This document shows positions 23,840 through 38,900 of a DNA stretch of 64,000 nucleotides, one piece after another. This stretch comes from Mytilus californianus (taxonomy: Eukaryota). The position numbers and the translations under genes are program-made. The notes beneath the pieces were generated by a model, which was not told the origin of the DNA, did no database searches, and saw only the letters and a list, made by a program, of their open reading frames with translations. The DNA is taken from the NCBI RefSeq assembly GCF_021869535.1, contig NW_026262604.1, forward strand, positions 32,178,001 to 32,242,000, given 5' to 3'. Numbering within the stretch: the first letter of the stretch is position 1; each line of letters starts with the position of its first letter.

Positions 23840-26800
23840 AATATATTTCGATATATACTGACAACAAAGCAATATGAGTATGCATGTATATTTTAATTAA
23901 AATAGTTAAATTGATCATTATTTTTTGTCGTTTCCAAGCCACGTTTTGATGTTGAATTATTTTAGTATCTATGTTCTTCAGACTACTATATATTATAACT
24001 GAATTGGACCACATAGATGCGTTGCAAACGTTACTGAGTTATCAGAGAAAACAATTCAGTCGAAATAAAGCAAGGTATTTGTCAGACTGAATTAAGACAA
24101 AAACAGACATTAACGTAAGAAAACAAGTTACCTAAAAGCTTATTATAAGACAAATTGATGAATGATAAGCGTGCATCTTCTTTGACACTGCGGATAAAGA
24201 AATATAAAAAGAAAACTTTCGTCGTTTACCTTACGCCTTGTGTAATCATAGCGGGCTTCTCAAACCCTGTTAAACATTTTCAAACATATAGAAGATATTT
24301 CCTCTCATAGTAAGTGAAATGCTTTGCAAAACAAAAATGTTAAATCAAAAAATTGACTCCTAAAACAAGCACAAATTAAAATATGCGACAATAAGAGAAA
24401 ATGCAAGGTATGTAGGATTTTTGACGTGAGAAAAACAAACAACTTGACCATGCTCAGTATATTTGTTGACTGTCGGGTAAAACAGGCATCATAATACACA
24501 TCGCGTTACTCCTCCCGGTCCTGATAGGTTATTTTTACTGATATGATAATGAGTATGAATACATAAAAAAAAGTCAATTATTGTTTTGACATAACAGTCT
24601 CTAAAAAGTGTCAAATTTGGATATTATTTCTAGTCAGCAAATAATGTATGTCAGTGGTCAAACCAGTAAAAATGAACGAAAAGATTTCTGTAGCATTTAA
24701 CAACTTAAACATGTTGAAGATAATTCACATATGTTTAACTCCTTACAGTCCATAATCCTTTCTTAAATATTCACCCTGTAACGTACAAACTGTTTTATCT
24801 TTATAAATCAAACATTTAAAAGAAATTAGTATGCAAACTTTCTAAATGTGTTACCATCACCTGATGTGTATTAGATAAAATGAAAATGTTTACGACCTGT
24901 ATTAATGTGATTCAAATGCAGATGTATTACAGTTAATAATAGCCAAATGAAAAATAAATGTCATATACAAGATATAAACAATCTGTATGACTACAATTGT
25001 AAATGTTCACATTAGTGGGATCGGTTGAATCAAAAATTAGAAAGGCTTACTCATTAAAGGTTATGTATCGTTTTTATTAAATTTAACAAATGAGAAAGGA
25101 AAAGAAAAAAAGAAAAGAATTATGATAGTGATTTTTGTAGACATGTCACATGTTTATGAAAGAAAAAAAAATAATGGCGACTTAACGTTTTAGAATGTTA
25201 ACAAGCCAATACCGAAGACGTACGAAGGTGTCATAACATACAATCGGCTTTACGGAACAGCTGAAATCGTCTAAGGAAAACCTCCTCCGAGGTAGTTCCA
25301 GATTACGTTTTAGTAAAATGATTTAATTTTGATATTTAAATCATGGCACCCTGACCAACAGCTACTGGTCAGAGGGTCATCTCGAAGACTGCGAGTCAAC
25401 TTACATTCGCAAAAGAAAACGTATAACCTAAACCAATATTGTAGTACTGAATAATCCGATTAATGGTTAGTAGTGAAATAAAGACAAATAAGAAAATCTT
25501 TCATTTCATACAGTGTATAAGTTGCGCCATCAAGGGACTCTCTTTGTCATAAATTCCCATGTTTACGACATCATTATCAAGTACGGTTTTAAAAATACCA
25601 ACATAATAATACAGAGGAATTGACAGGGTTGTTGTAGAAGAAAACAAAATTCGCGATCTCCTTTCACATTTTTACGGTCTAGTGTTTGTTCATTTTTAAT
25701 CGTTTACCTATTTCATTATTATATAATTGTCTTATTTGGTTTCCCTTATCTTTTAACCTATCATTACAATTTAAACACCATACATATTCAAAATTGATGT
25801 CTTTCAACGTTTTGAAGAGAAAGAGTTTTGTCAATTAAAGAACCTGTCCCTTAACTTTACTTAAATTGCAAAACCTAATTCTGAACAAAATATTTTGTCG
25901 GAGAACGTTTCTATTCTAGAAGTGTATCCTAAGGAACATAAAGTACATAAGAAAATGCCTGTACCAAGTCAGGAATATGACAGTTGTTTTCCATTTGTTT
26001 GATGTGTTTGAACTTTTGATTTTGCCATTTGATCAGGGACTTTCCGTTTTGAATTTTCTTTGGAGTTCGGTATTTTTGTTATTTTACTTTTTAATATAAC
26101 TGACAAAAGTTTCATATCCATTTATTAATCTGACAGAGCTAATCGCTCAGTTTAATATTTTGGGTTGAATCTGTTGTTTTCAAATCGACTGGCGAGCGAT
26201 ACAACATCCGTAGAATGAATTTAAATTTATCTCAGATAAAAGATCATTTCCTTAAAATAGTTATGAATTTGTACCTTATAGTGTAATTATCAGTTCACAA
26301 AAGCTGACCTTATCAAACGGTATCAACAATAGAAGCGAAATGAAAACAACTGGCATATTCCCGACTTGGAACCAGCATTTTCCGACGGAAATGGTGGATT
26401 AAATTTAGTCCAAATTTGTTAGATCTGCAAAATTTGCGGTATGCGGTAAGAATTATTTGTTTCTTCTTATGCGGGATTGGACCCGTTATTATGCGACAGT
26501 GAGTCTTCGCTGCCTCTATGTAAATATGTAGCAACTACTATTAATTTGTGCTATGTTTTCGTGTACTCTTATAAAAAAAATGGTTGGCACAAAGGTGCTG
26601 CATCGGTCATTTAATTCAGTATATATTTATCTATAGGTAATGCTATATAGTATCAGGCCTGTACTAGGTAATGATGAATAGATAGCATTCATTTATGTAG
26701 AATGTTTATCTATTGTCATAAGAATTCATAATATTGAATAAAATTAGTAGATTTGGCTAACTAAGTCCTTATAATTGAATAAAGTAACTTTTTTTTAATT

Positions 26801-28160
26801 TTTAGTTGCAAATTGATTTAGCGTTAATTAAGCTCCAATTAAAAATTGTTTTTAATCCTACTCAGAATAATACACTAACTTCTGGACTTTCATAGCTCAT
26901 AATTAACGTGTTTACACATTTTTATAATATAGTCGTTAAACATTATTTGCGTCTAACAGTATAAGACACAATACAGATCGTATGCTTGCATCAACTTACC
27001 CAAATAAAGATTTAATTAAAGCCTGAACATTTTAACATTGTTTATTTTTTATCCGTGTCTGTTTTTTAATATTTTCACAACTTCCTGTTACGATTTGACT
27101 TAATATCCATATCCAGATATCGTCAGTTAGAATCCTTAATTTATGTCTTTTTTCTAATGAAAAACTACCTGAGAGTAAAGCAGAATAAAACTATACGGTT
27201 TAATCCTGTGGAGGACCATTTTCATCTAGCATGAAGGCAGACAAAAAGACAGCTTTATTTAGTAACATTTAATAATGCAGCTATACTGTTAGCCCACTAA
27301 TTTTCGCGGTTGTTTAATGAACATTCGCCAGAAGAATACATTTAAAAAACAAACGTCGTTTGATTTAGATCTGTTCTTAAACATATAAGAATAAGAAGAT
27401 GTTTTATGATTGCCAATGGGACAACTTTTCAACACAGACCAAAAGAAGTGTATGTTAGCAACTATAGAACGACAGTCAAGTAACACTATTTGATGGTAGT
27501 AAATATCTACGAAAAGAGAAGTAACTCTGCATTTGTTTCAAACAAAACAAAAACCATAAAAAATAATGCGGTGTCGTTAAACTTATTGCAAGCGCTTAAC
27601 CCTCTCCCCAACCTGGGACAGTGTTGTAACAGCACAACATTAGAACATGTGCTAGCGTGTATTTATTCATTATTGAATACATATTGATATAATTTTGTAA
27701 TTGGCATTTTATTTCTTATTTGAATTTACTTTAGAATAAAGATGAAGTTATATCTAATTCATATTTGTGTTTTGATTTCAAATAGATTAATCACGGATTG
27801 TAATTAATCATGAGTTGTACTATTTGTGTTTTATATTCACAGACTTTGACGATTGACTAGTTTCGTCTTGATTGTTACTCACTTCTTCTATTTTGATGGT
27901 GATTGTTTTCATGATTGATTTGACCGCACACTTTCTACTATTTCATTGCTCACATATCTTGTTATTTGTCAATCGTCAATGGCAGTCAGCAGGGTTAAAG
28001 AACATCAGTTTTTCGGCCTGTTAGTCAAATGCGTTTTGTTAAAATATACTTTTCCACTGTTTTGGTCTTTTGAAAAAAAATGTTGTTTGTGCTGTATTTA
28101 GACCCCTCTAACAAGAAATTTGTTTTGCATGCACACGTATAAAAATTGCGGTTTTTATCC

Positions 28161-28163
<3 letters not shown>

Positions 28164-28208
<45 letters not shown>
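28164..28208. repeat. (GA)22 microsatellite at the end of an interspersed repeat
   Basis: Direct reading. Confidence 0.95.
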
Positions 28209-28212
<4 letters not shown>

Positions 28213-29887
28213 ATCAACAGATATTGAGAAAGGAACCATTCGGTTATGTTGATCCTTTAGTCGGATAATTACTAAATGGTATTTTTATACGCGATATATT
28301 GATCATTTCATGTTTCCTTGTATTACATTCTGCTTTTTTTACAAGAAATCTTAGAGATTTCCGTGAAAAAAAACATTACCCATTTTTAAAAAGAAAAGGC
28401 TTAAAATGTCTGAAATTGTTTATAACTAAGGGAATAGGATGGCCTCAGATCTCTACTTACTGTTGTTGTTGTTGTTGTGGGATGTATAGATACACTGGCA
28501 CGTTCAGTCTGTGTCTTCGTTAGATGTGTTCTGCTTTGTATCGATCTGATGAGTTAATCCATTTTCAACTGGTTTTTATAGTTTGCTCTTGTGTTGTACT
28601 GTCACACCACTGTCCCAGGTTAGGTAGAGGGTTCGAGCTATCAAACTAGTTTAACACCGCCACATTCTGTATGTGCCTGTCCCAAGTCAGGAGCTTTTAA
28701 TTCAGTGGTTGTCGTCTGTTGCTGTATATCATATTTGTTTTTCGTTCATTATTTTGTACATAAATCATGCCGTTTGTTTTCTCGTTTGAATTGTTTCACA
28801 TTTGTCATTTCAGTGCCTTTTAAAGCTGACTGTGCGGTATGGATTTTGCTCATTGTTGAGTACCGTCCGGTGACCTATAGTTATTGATTTCTGTGTCTTT
28901 TTATCTCTTGTGGAGAGTTGTCTCATTGGCAATCATACCACATCTTCTTATTTTTATATGTTAATACTGCATTATCAAACTGGTTTAGTGCATTGTTTCG
29001 TGCTTTGAAAAGTACTTTCTTTGAACCTTTTCGTTAGTTCTTATACGCAAATGCACTGTATTACGTTTTAAGCCATACGATTTTTTTTCACTCCATAAAA
29101 CAAGGATGCACTCGAAACAACACGGACTGCTCTCAGAAAAATACGGACATATAAAAATGAATTTACTCACCACAAATGTCCTTATCAATGCAAACACAAG
29201 ACTTTTTGTAAGTGTTTGTTTATTTAAGTATATACAGATTCCATAAATGCATTTCCGTTGATATTTGCATTGCTATGTGTATAAAAATAGCCTATATTTT
29301 GGAATAACGCATTGTAAGGCTTAAATTAAACGTTGTTAAAACAAATAAATGTAGGGTTGATAATATATTTTTATCACAAATACTTATTTACCTTCTATGA
29401 TCTTTTATATAAAGTTATAGCATCTTTTTTTTTTTTATGTCCTACCAGAAATAAAGTCTGTTTGTTTACATTTTTGATCATATTCACTCGAAAAAACGTG
29501 GTCACCCTCGAAAATGCCTGATCAAATCACTCGATAAAACACAATCCCAGCCGGACACTATACCTACTATGGTAATGCTCGACGACAAAATATGTGAACA
29601 CTACAAAAAATGTACCGGAGGTTATTTTTGGGGTGAGCCACTTTAAAGACAATGTACAGTGGTATTTGAAAGCGAATCCTGACATAAATGTTAGTAACCT
29701 TTTCATCGATTTCTGTTTTTCTTAGACTTAACTTTTCAGTATGATTGCCCTCCTTCTTATTATCTTCCCTCCCCCTTTTTATCAGAGAAGATAACAGCTG
29801 ACAAGAAATACATGCTTTCTGATATTCACATTAAAATAGATTAAACTTGTGGTAGTAATCATCCACCTGCCGTAAAGATAGTATTTG

Positions 29888-29895
29888 TATATAAA
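29888..29895 (+). promoter_or_regulatory. Candidate TATA box of the PAN-CUB-EGF gene
   Basis: TATATAAA 45-52 bp upstream of a CAACATGG start codon that opens a signal-peptide exon. Confidence 0.55.
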
Positions 29896-29939
29896 GTAGA
29901 CAATTTCATATGACTAGGACCCTTTCTATTTATTTCAAC

Positions 29940-29997
29940 ATGGCGTTAAATTTATTGATCTTAATCATTACTTTTTTGGGTCCCTTGGTTGCAGAAG
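29940..29997 (+). CDS. Exon 1: signal peptide MALNLLILIITFLGPLVAE
   Basis: Hydrophobic core, V-A-E cleavage-like end, donor G|gtaag (phase 1). Confidence 0.8.
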
Positions 29998-32900
29998 GTA
30001 AGACTCTTTGTTTTATGATTTGAATGTTATACCAAAGATCACTTCTTTTTTTCAGTTTGACTAAGATTAAATGTTAACGAACAAATTAATTTTTATTTGC
30101 ATATTTCTGTCATTTTTATGTGTTCTGTTATATATTATTTTGTTCATATGTCAGGAATAAAAATTAATAAAAAAAATAAATAGTGTTTTTTTCCCCACTA
30201 TTTTTCGACAGAAACAAACTGTTTTCGCACTCCATTTGACACGTACATGTACCATCCTTTTAAAGAAATCTAAATTCAAACAATTGATTAAAAGACAACC
30301 TTTTCATATGTAATGTAGAAAAATCTAAGTAATGGAAAAAAAAGAAAGGGATGCGAGTCACAATATGAAGTTTTTTTCGAGCAAGTGCAGCGAACGAGTT
30401 CAAAAAGGCTTCATATTGTGTCGAGCAGCTGATATTTTACAATATCAATATCCAGACAACCTGATAATCGATTTATCGGATTGTATTTGTTTATTTGCAT
30501 AATAGAAACAAGTGTTTTTCTTTGTTTAACCAACAAAGTGGTTCCAAGATGACGTGATAAGTACGGGTCAAACTTATCAACGTCGGTTCATTCAGGTAAT
30601 TTGTCCGGGTCAAAGTTATTATGGCCAGTTCAACGTATATGACGTCACAAAGCCGTGATATGCAATTTTATGAAGAGCTGAGCAGAGTGATGTAGACTGC
30701 GGAAACACCGATAAATAGAGATTATCATATACTTAGAGTAAATAACTTATAATTTTTACAGTATGATAATAGCATTAAATTTACGTGAATTCCATATTTT
30801 CCGAAATGGTGCTTAGTGGGCTCATATAAAAAAATTATCAACTGCTTCCTGCTGTTATCGCATACCTTTCCGTAACATTATCGCATGGCATTCCGACGTT
30901 ACTCGGCAAACTCCGAAAAATACACCATAATGGTACGTTTTCGGCGAAAAAAAAAACCATAACAAAGTAGGGTACAAAACAAATATTAGGAAACAGGAAA
31001 ATATAGTATGTAAAATGCAAAACAAATGATACAATAAATGCATTTTTCAAAGTTTTCAGCATAATTTAGCAAGTTACTATACAAATGTTGACTTCTAAAC
31101 AGTGTTTATCGTCAAATAAAATTATATTGTACTGTTGTTTTTCTCCTCTGTTGAGGCATATGATAGAAAGATTTAATGTCGGTTGTATTATATTTGGCGT
31201 CCGTCGTCCGTAAACTTTTCATTTTTTGAACTTCTATTTGAGAACCACTTAAAGGAATCACTATATTAAACTGTTATGTTTCTCCATTGTTGAAGCCTAT
31301 GATAAAAAGATCATAACATAAACACCAATAAATAGAGAATATCATATGGCTTTTTAAATATCACACCTGTATCAACCCGAGACACCAATATAATCCCAAG
31401 AACTCTGCTCGAGGGACTATATTAGTTGAGGGTTGAAACGGTGTGTGCTATTAAAAAAACCATATCATATACACTTTATTGTATACATGTACCTCAAGTA
31501 CAGATGGAATTTTGGTTAACATTTTTTACTGTATAGCATTCGAAAAAGCCTAGGGGCTGAAATATTTAAAAGTGAAAACACGGGTAGCGAATTTACTCTC
31601 TTTAAAAGGACTTAATAAAATTTTGTTTTCAGAAGATCCACTGAGCGAATATGTCCATGTGCCGGCAAGATTCATAGCACCTATTCCAGCGAACTCCATT
31701 CTAAAAGACAACACAAGTCCGGATCGAATGAGTGTAAATCTCTGTGCTGCAAAGTGTACCTTATTGTTCCGGAGTGGACATTTTCCATGCTATGCGTTTG
31801 AATACACTCCCGGTAGTAATATGTGTATTTATACCAATATAACAACGTTAATGCTAAATGCTGGTTATCTCAGTTTGAAACAGAACAAAGCAGTACATTA
31901 CTACGAGAGACCTAAAGGTAAGACACTTTTCCCACAAAAAAATTACGATTAAAATTAATCGTATTATATACTAAGTTATACTGAAATGTGTATGGACTTA
32001 CGAGTATTTTTCTCTTTAGATTTTTTGTGAAAAAGAGCCGCAGAGGCGGAAAAGGTGTTTGAGACATGGATGGACAACAAACACGGTGTTTACATTTCTG
32101 ATGAACTACTTTTGATATAATAATGCAAATACGATTGGCGGGACTAATTATAGTCAGTAACGGAATAGAAATACTGAATACATAATAAGGGGGTGGGCAG
32201 GGTGCATGGGTAGGGGCAGGAGAGCTCCATATATGGTTAATGCATGGTTTTTTTACAAGTCTCACTCCTAACGTTACCTTGTCGGTAAGCCCGCCTTTTG
32301 TTCAAAATCCTGGATCCGCATCTGAGATTACATGTATGATACAATGTTGGCCAGATGCACGAAAAAGTATAAATGCGAATGCAGAAAAAAAAACGCAATG
32401 TAGAAAAAATAAACGCAATGTAGAAAAAATAAACGCAAAAAGACAAAAACGCAAAGCTTTTGAGTGTTCACCTTATGACAAATTTACGGCGAAAGCCATC
32501 GTGTGATACTGATGCCTAAAGTGCTATATTGAAAACTTTGTGGTGTTGTTTGCGTCCAATTGATCGTAGGTTTTCGATGGTCTTAGATTAACAAAAAAGA
32601 CAAAGAAATATTTAGGAAAATGAATAAATTAGGATTTTAAGGAAATGTCTGAACTTTTGTTCCACAGTATCTCGTATGTTTGTTCCAGAATTTAACAAAA
32701 AAATACCTATTAATAAGATTGAGAATTGAAACGGAGAATGTGTCAAAGAGACAACAACCCGACCAAAGGGCAGAAGACAGCCCAAGGCCGCCAATGTGTC
32801 TTCAACACAGCGAGAAAATACCGCATCCGGGGGCAGGCTTCAGCTGGCCCCTAAACAATGTTTAGTTTCGTCCTAGTACCATTACTAAGGCCAAACATTT

Positions 32901-35900
32901 GTCATTATTTGGCAAAATATAATTTGCAAATTGCTCTGCAATCAAAATACTAAATAAAATAATTTTGAAATCTTTGTTTTTTGTCAATTCTAAAATGTCA
33001 TTCTCTTAATAAATTTCAAAATTAGACATTTGACTGAAATTGAATTTCTTAGATTTAGCAAAGATATTAAAAAATAAGATTAAATTTATGCAGATTTTTT
33101 TTTCAGTTTTGCATTAGTTCAAGTATTGTCTTCTTTTTTTATTCTTTTTTTTTAACGTTTATCAATCTCTTAATAAATATTGAAATTGCCTACCTTCAGC
33201 ATTATTCGTTTTGCCTTTAGAAATTGAAGAACAAAAAAAAACTCAATGTGTAACACTTTTCATTTTGACCACGGAAATTTCCATTAAAAATGAAAAGGGA
33301 TGAAAATTATCAACATTTTAGCATTGTCATTTTCAACATTAATTGTCAAAATGAAAAATGAATGAGGTTATCAATTTAAATATTTGTTTTCAATGCAAGT
33401 GAGATTTAAAAAAAAACTTTTTTCGAAAAACAAGCAAATATAGGTTGTTTTTTAAACATTTTCTGCATAAATGTAATCCGATTTTTTTTCAAAATCGAAA
33501 AAATTAAATGTTATTTAAATTTCGAATTTCGAATTTTATTTATTAAGAAAATGATATTTCAAAATTGACTTCAAAGACGTTTTTCCTTGTTTTCAAATTA
33601 TACAAATTAAAGTTACTATGTACATTTGTACATTAAATATTTCATAGCTTGCCGTTTCAAACTATCTTCCCGTAAATATTGATATAACAAATTTCAGTAT
33701 TTTTCAATTGTTATTTTTTCTTGAATATACGAGCAATTCGAAATTTTCAATTTCATCGACTAAAATGAAATCTGTTTGTTGTTAATTTACAACGTCTTCT
33801 TGTGTGTTTTAAAAGTTCTGGAAATTAATATGAATAAATAAACTGTAATACATTCATGTAACTTTAAACATACATGTAGTTGAAAGAACATTCAATTAAT
33901 TACTGTAAACCAACTAATTTTCGCGAGCGATTTATTTTCGCGACTTTCTCGAGTAGAAAAATAACGCGAATATAAATTGTCGCGAATATAAATTGTCGCG
34001 AATATGTAAACCTTGGATTTTTCCATATTTAACTGCATAAAGTAAATTTGAGAATCGCGAAAAAAAATCGCCGCGAAATCGGCTAGAAAGGGATAATTGC
34101 GAAAATAAGTTGGTTCACAGTACTCAAAAAAATTTCTTGGAAACCCCAAAGATCTTCAGAAATTCGTTTCAGGAACAATGTGATACTGCATTGCAGGAAC
34201 ATAGGAACTACAAATGTTTTTTTGAAATCACTTGAAATGTAATTTTACAAATATATTTACAGGTACTTTCAAGAATCTTTTTCATGGACAACCTAATACC
34301 GCACTGAAGGACCAAGGAAGCTATTTCGACATTAAAAGAAATGTTACTATAGAACAATGTGCTCATCTTTGTCTTCTTAGTGCTCAGACCGGATGTCTAT
34401 CGTTTTCCTATAGCAACCAACTGACAGCATGCGGCCTTAGCAACAAGTACCATAGCAACAATGCAAAAACGTCTGCTCCCATAATGGCAACACCTTTGTA
34501 CGATCACTATCAATTTTTTACCTGTACGTATATCATAGTTGTATACACATAAGAAAATATGTTGCATTAATCAATTTTAAAATATTTGAATTAAAGATCT
34601 CAACTAAAGGTTAATTTAAAAGGTGTGGCAAAATGTATATATTTTTTTTTATTCCATACGTGCACAGACACACACACAAAATACAGTTCAGTAGAAATTA
34701 ATTGCACCATACATCCGGAAAAAAATGAAATTAGAATTAATTTTTGCAATATTTCATGACCGATGCAAATTACACACTAGAACTCGAAACTCCGCACATA
34801 AGCATAGTGCCAAAAAAAGAAATAAATACTTTAGTGGCTAAACAATTTGTTTTTTCCTTCTCCTTTATCAAACAATTTGTTCTTCAACCTTTGGAATAAG
34901 AACATTTTTTTTAGAAAAAAAAGTAACATTCTCCAATAAAGTTAAATGGTCGCTCTATAAGGCACACATGATGAGTTGGGAAATGAATTGTATTGTTTGG
35001 ATAATAGTTTTAAATTAATCAGCCAACTATATAGATCTCATCACACCAACGTTCTTTGAGGAGATGCAGCGTTTAGAATTATGATAAAAGATAGATTACT
35101 CAATGTCGATTGCAATGTTTCAATTGTTTAACGAGTTAAACCACCTAGTGTTTTCATTATTTTGTGTCGTTGGGTTGACGTATACCCTTTTTCTTTTTTT
35201 TAATTCGTATTTGTTTTATCTTAATAGCCTGGCCATGTAATGCAATCATACCAATGAACTACACTCCCACAGCTATAGCTTCAGTTCGATTTCCATATCA
35301 AGCTGTCAGAAATATACAGTGTTATTTAAAGTTGGAAGCGCCACCTGGACACAAAATTGAGATAACTTTTTCCACAGTATATTTTGGAAGAGACGTTTGT
35401 ACTTATAATGGGGATGGCATTACATTGCATGATGGCAAAACAGTGGCAGCTCCCGTGATTGGACGTTTCTGTGAACGAACCGGAAGTGCTTTAAAGGTCA
35501 GGAAATCTACAGCTAACTCGCTCTTCATCACATACAAAACTGGATCCGTCCCAATGGCTTTCAAAGCCGTGTACCAGTTTGGTAAGATCCTTTTTACATA
35601 TACGCTGGATACTACTTCCAGATTATCGACCAGATTATCATGTTTCTATGCATACTCAGAGATCGCTGAAAATATTATGGCAAATCATATTATGAATAAA
35701 TAACGAATTTATATGTTGAAAAGTTGCTTTATTTCATCAATCAAGATCCCAACTTCGCAGTGTCTGCTTGTTTTATTCTCTATATATTTTTTATTTGGTT
35801 TCGTCCTGAAAATGAATTGAATACTTGCCACTGGACAAGCAGACAATAAGACACTAACCAAATCGTATTGTACGTTAGTTTATGCAAACTATTGTTATTT

Positions 35901-38900
35901 TGTTTTTGTTTTTTGTTTTTGTCATTTTTGAAGTGAACAATCGTAACATCATTTTTCATTTCAATAATTTTTCTGTCATTTTTAGTGAACCCATGTGAAA
36001 ATCACAAATGTCAGAATGGTGCAGTATGCAATGTGACAAACAGGTCATATGTATGTAATTGTCCAAATGGTTGGTCTGGAAGATTCTGCGAGGCAAACAT
36101 TGACGACTGTGTAAATGAACCTTGTCTGTTTGGAGGAACATGCGTCGACGAATTAAATGGCTACCATTGTCAGTGTTCAAAAGAATTTTTGGGAAATAGA
36201 TGTGAAAAGTTCCTTGGGAAGTGTGCAGAAAATCCATGTGTACATGGTATTTGTCATGTGACATCTCGCTATAATTACACGTGCAAATGCGAGAAAGATT
36301 ACATTGGAAAAAATTGTGATCATAAACAACAATTTTGTAATCCTAATCCATGTGTCCATGGATCTTGTTTGGAAACTTTCGGGTATTATTTGTGCCAATG
36401 TGAAAACGGTTTCACAGGTCAAAATTGTAACATTCCCGAAGACCCATGCAAACATCGTCCATGTGCAAATGGCGTTTGCTCTTCATTTAACGCAACCTAT
36501 CACTGCGTATGCTCAAAGGGATTTACCGGAAGGAATTGCGATATTATTGATAACTGTGCCGAGGTGAATTGTCTACATGGTAAATGTAATAATCTGAATA
36601 ACACGCACACATGTGAATGCGAAAATGGATTCACCGGAAGTAGTTGTGATGTCATGGTAGACCACTGTGAAAATGTCAACTGTTTTCATGGAAAATGCAT
36701 CAACACTAACAATACATACAAATGTGAATGCAAGGAAGGATGGACAGGTAGCATTGCACTTAGTTTAAAATATCATTTAAAAATATATTTATGTCATACA
36801 TGATTATGAATGTCGAGACAATAGACTTTCGTCCCAATGGAAAAATTAAACGATTGTCTATTGTCTCCAGTTGATTAATTCGATCCACTCTATTTCACTT
36901 GACTCAATATATCATCTGTATATCAATTTCTCACAAAAGAAATTCGTTCTATGTTTCCGTTAGAACGAGTAAACAAGAATACAACCAAATTACAAACGCA
37001 TTGATCTTTAATGCAAATAATGAATTAACAATGGTATTTTTCAACGCAGTGCATTTAATTAAATTATCTGAGCAAGAACACTAAGAACTTTGGTTTCCGG
37101 TAAATTATGATACTTAACCAGCCTCGGGAGATCCTTTTTTTATTTGCATTCAATATTTGAATGCATGTAATTTTTTAAATATTTTTTTCTCACACAACAC
37201 TGGCATTATGTTTTGTAAAATTTCAGGGTTAATCTTGTTTAAATGCGTACGCTACCCACACACTTCATCACTGGAATATAAGAAGATACAGATCAAAACA
37301 AAACACAAGTATATAATTCCCTACCAGCGAATGTTTCCAGTTATTGTTAGCAAGCGAAAATGTTGATAATGGACACAAAACAAAATCCACTCATATGTGG
37401 ATAATGTTGATAATGGACAGAAAACAAAAATCCACTCATATGTGGATAATGTATGAAAACAGAAATCCCCCCAATCAACGTAAAAACAAAACCGAAAAAA
37501 AATAGAAACCCCAAAGTAAAAAAAAAAGCACAATCCCTTAAAAATAAACACCCAGAAACCTCTCATTAAAAGCAGAAAAAGTAATATCCCTTTTTGATTT
37601 AATGTAGGCTTCTATTCATCTTAGGTTCAACCTGTGAAACTGACATTGCTGTTAATCCCTGTGATAAAGCGCAGTGTGGAATTGGCCTCTGTGAAGCTCT
37701 TCATGGTAGCAGAATGGCGTATCGTTGTCTGTGTCCAAATGGTTATCGTGGAACAAACTGTCAGTCACGTGTTGTTACTAATGTAGACAAGTGTAAGTGT
37801 CTTCAGATAAACCACATTTTTATAATTAACGAAATGCTGATGTTCCCATACAGTGGTATATTTTATTACTTTGTGTTCATTTTATTTTGTTTTTTTTTTT
37901 TCTCGTTAAAATTTGAATTCAAATATATTCTCAATTATGAATTAAAAAAAAATTTTATAGTCTTTGATAAAACTGTTAGCGTGTGACCACTTGAATAGAT
38001 CATGTTAACGCAAAATCAGAAAATCTTGATAAACGTGACTTTGCATGCTCGACTAAAAGAAGTTAAATAATAACCATTATGACGTTTATTTGGAGGTTTT
38101 CCAACTATATCGCAATCACTTCCTTGATAAATGTAAAAATCAAATGAAATTACTACAAAGCTGTGAAATTTTCGCCGGTACATATAGAGCATGTCGAATT
38201 GAATTTGTTGAAAATATTCAGATTTTATTCTAATATTACGGACCCGTAGAAAAGCTTAAAACTTAAAAAGAATAAATCAAAAAGGAAATTGTATGGTTGC
38301 TTGTACAAGTAATCGTTACATTACGAGCCATAATACGTTTTTGTATCTTCATCCAAAACCGGGAGCAAAATGTTTTGTAACTTCATAATGTTTACATTGC
38401 AGAATCGGATTGAGTGGTCAGGGGGCCTTGGCCCGCATTTATGTAGCTTTATATATGGTTAGTGTATAAACTTTTAACAAGCCCCACTCCTTATGTTGAC
38501 TTGTCGTGGTATGGGCCGGAGAGGGGGGGGTCCTGGATCTGCATCAATTTGTTGTTTACATGTAGCATGTGCTGTTGAGAAAAGTGTTACAAATGTGAGA
38601 ATGTTGCTTTTTGGAAATCATGACAAACCTAAACTATTCAGTAACAATTGGATAATCTTTTTCAGTCCATACTAAAACTGGACTTTGTGAACACGTGCAA
38701 TGCTTTAATGGTGGCAAATGTAAAGATTTAAATGGACAGGCCACGTGTAGCTGTAAGGCTCCCTTTGTCGGAACATTCTGTGAACGGAAATCAAAAGATT
38801 GTAGCTTTCTTCCGTGTCTCGCTAATGCAACATGTGTGGATACAAGATCGGGACATATGTGTATTTGCCCAACTGGAATGGTCGGTCAAGCTTGTGACAG

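Noticed and set aside
23586-24014. 142-aa ORF
   Set aside because: Translation of an interspersed repeat plus AT-rich flank.
25343-25380. Short GC-rich hairpin
   Set aside because: Imperfect, single copy, and no supporting context.
28546-28580. CTGATGAG in the abundant repeat as a hammerhead
   Set aside because: Followed by ttaatccattttcaac, with no GAAA or stem II.
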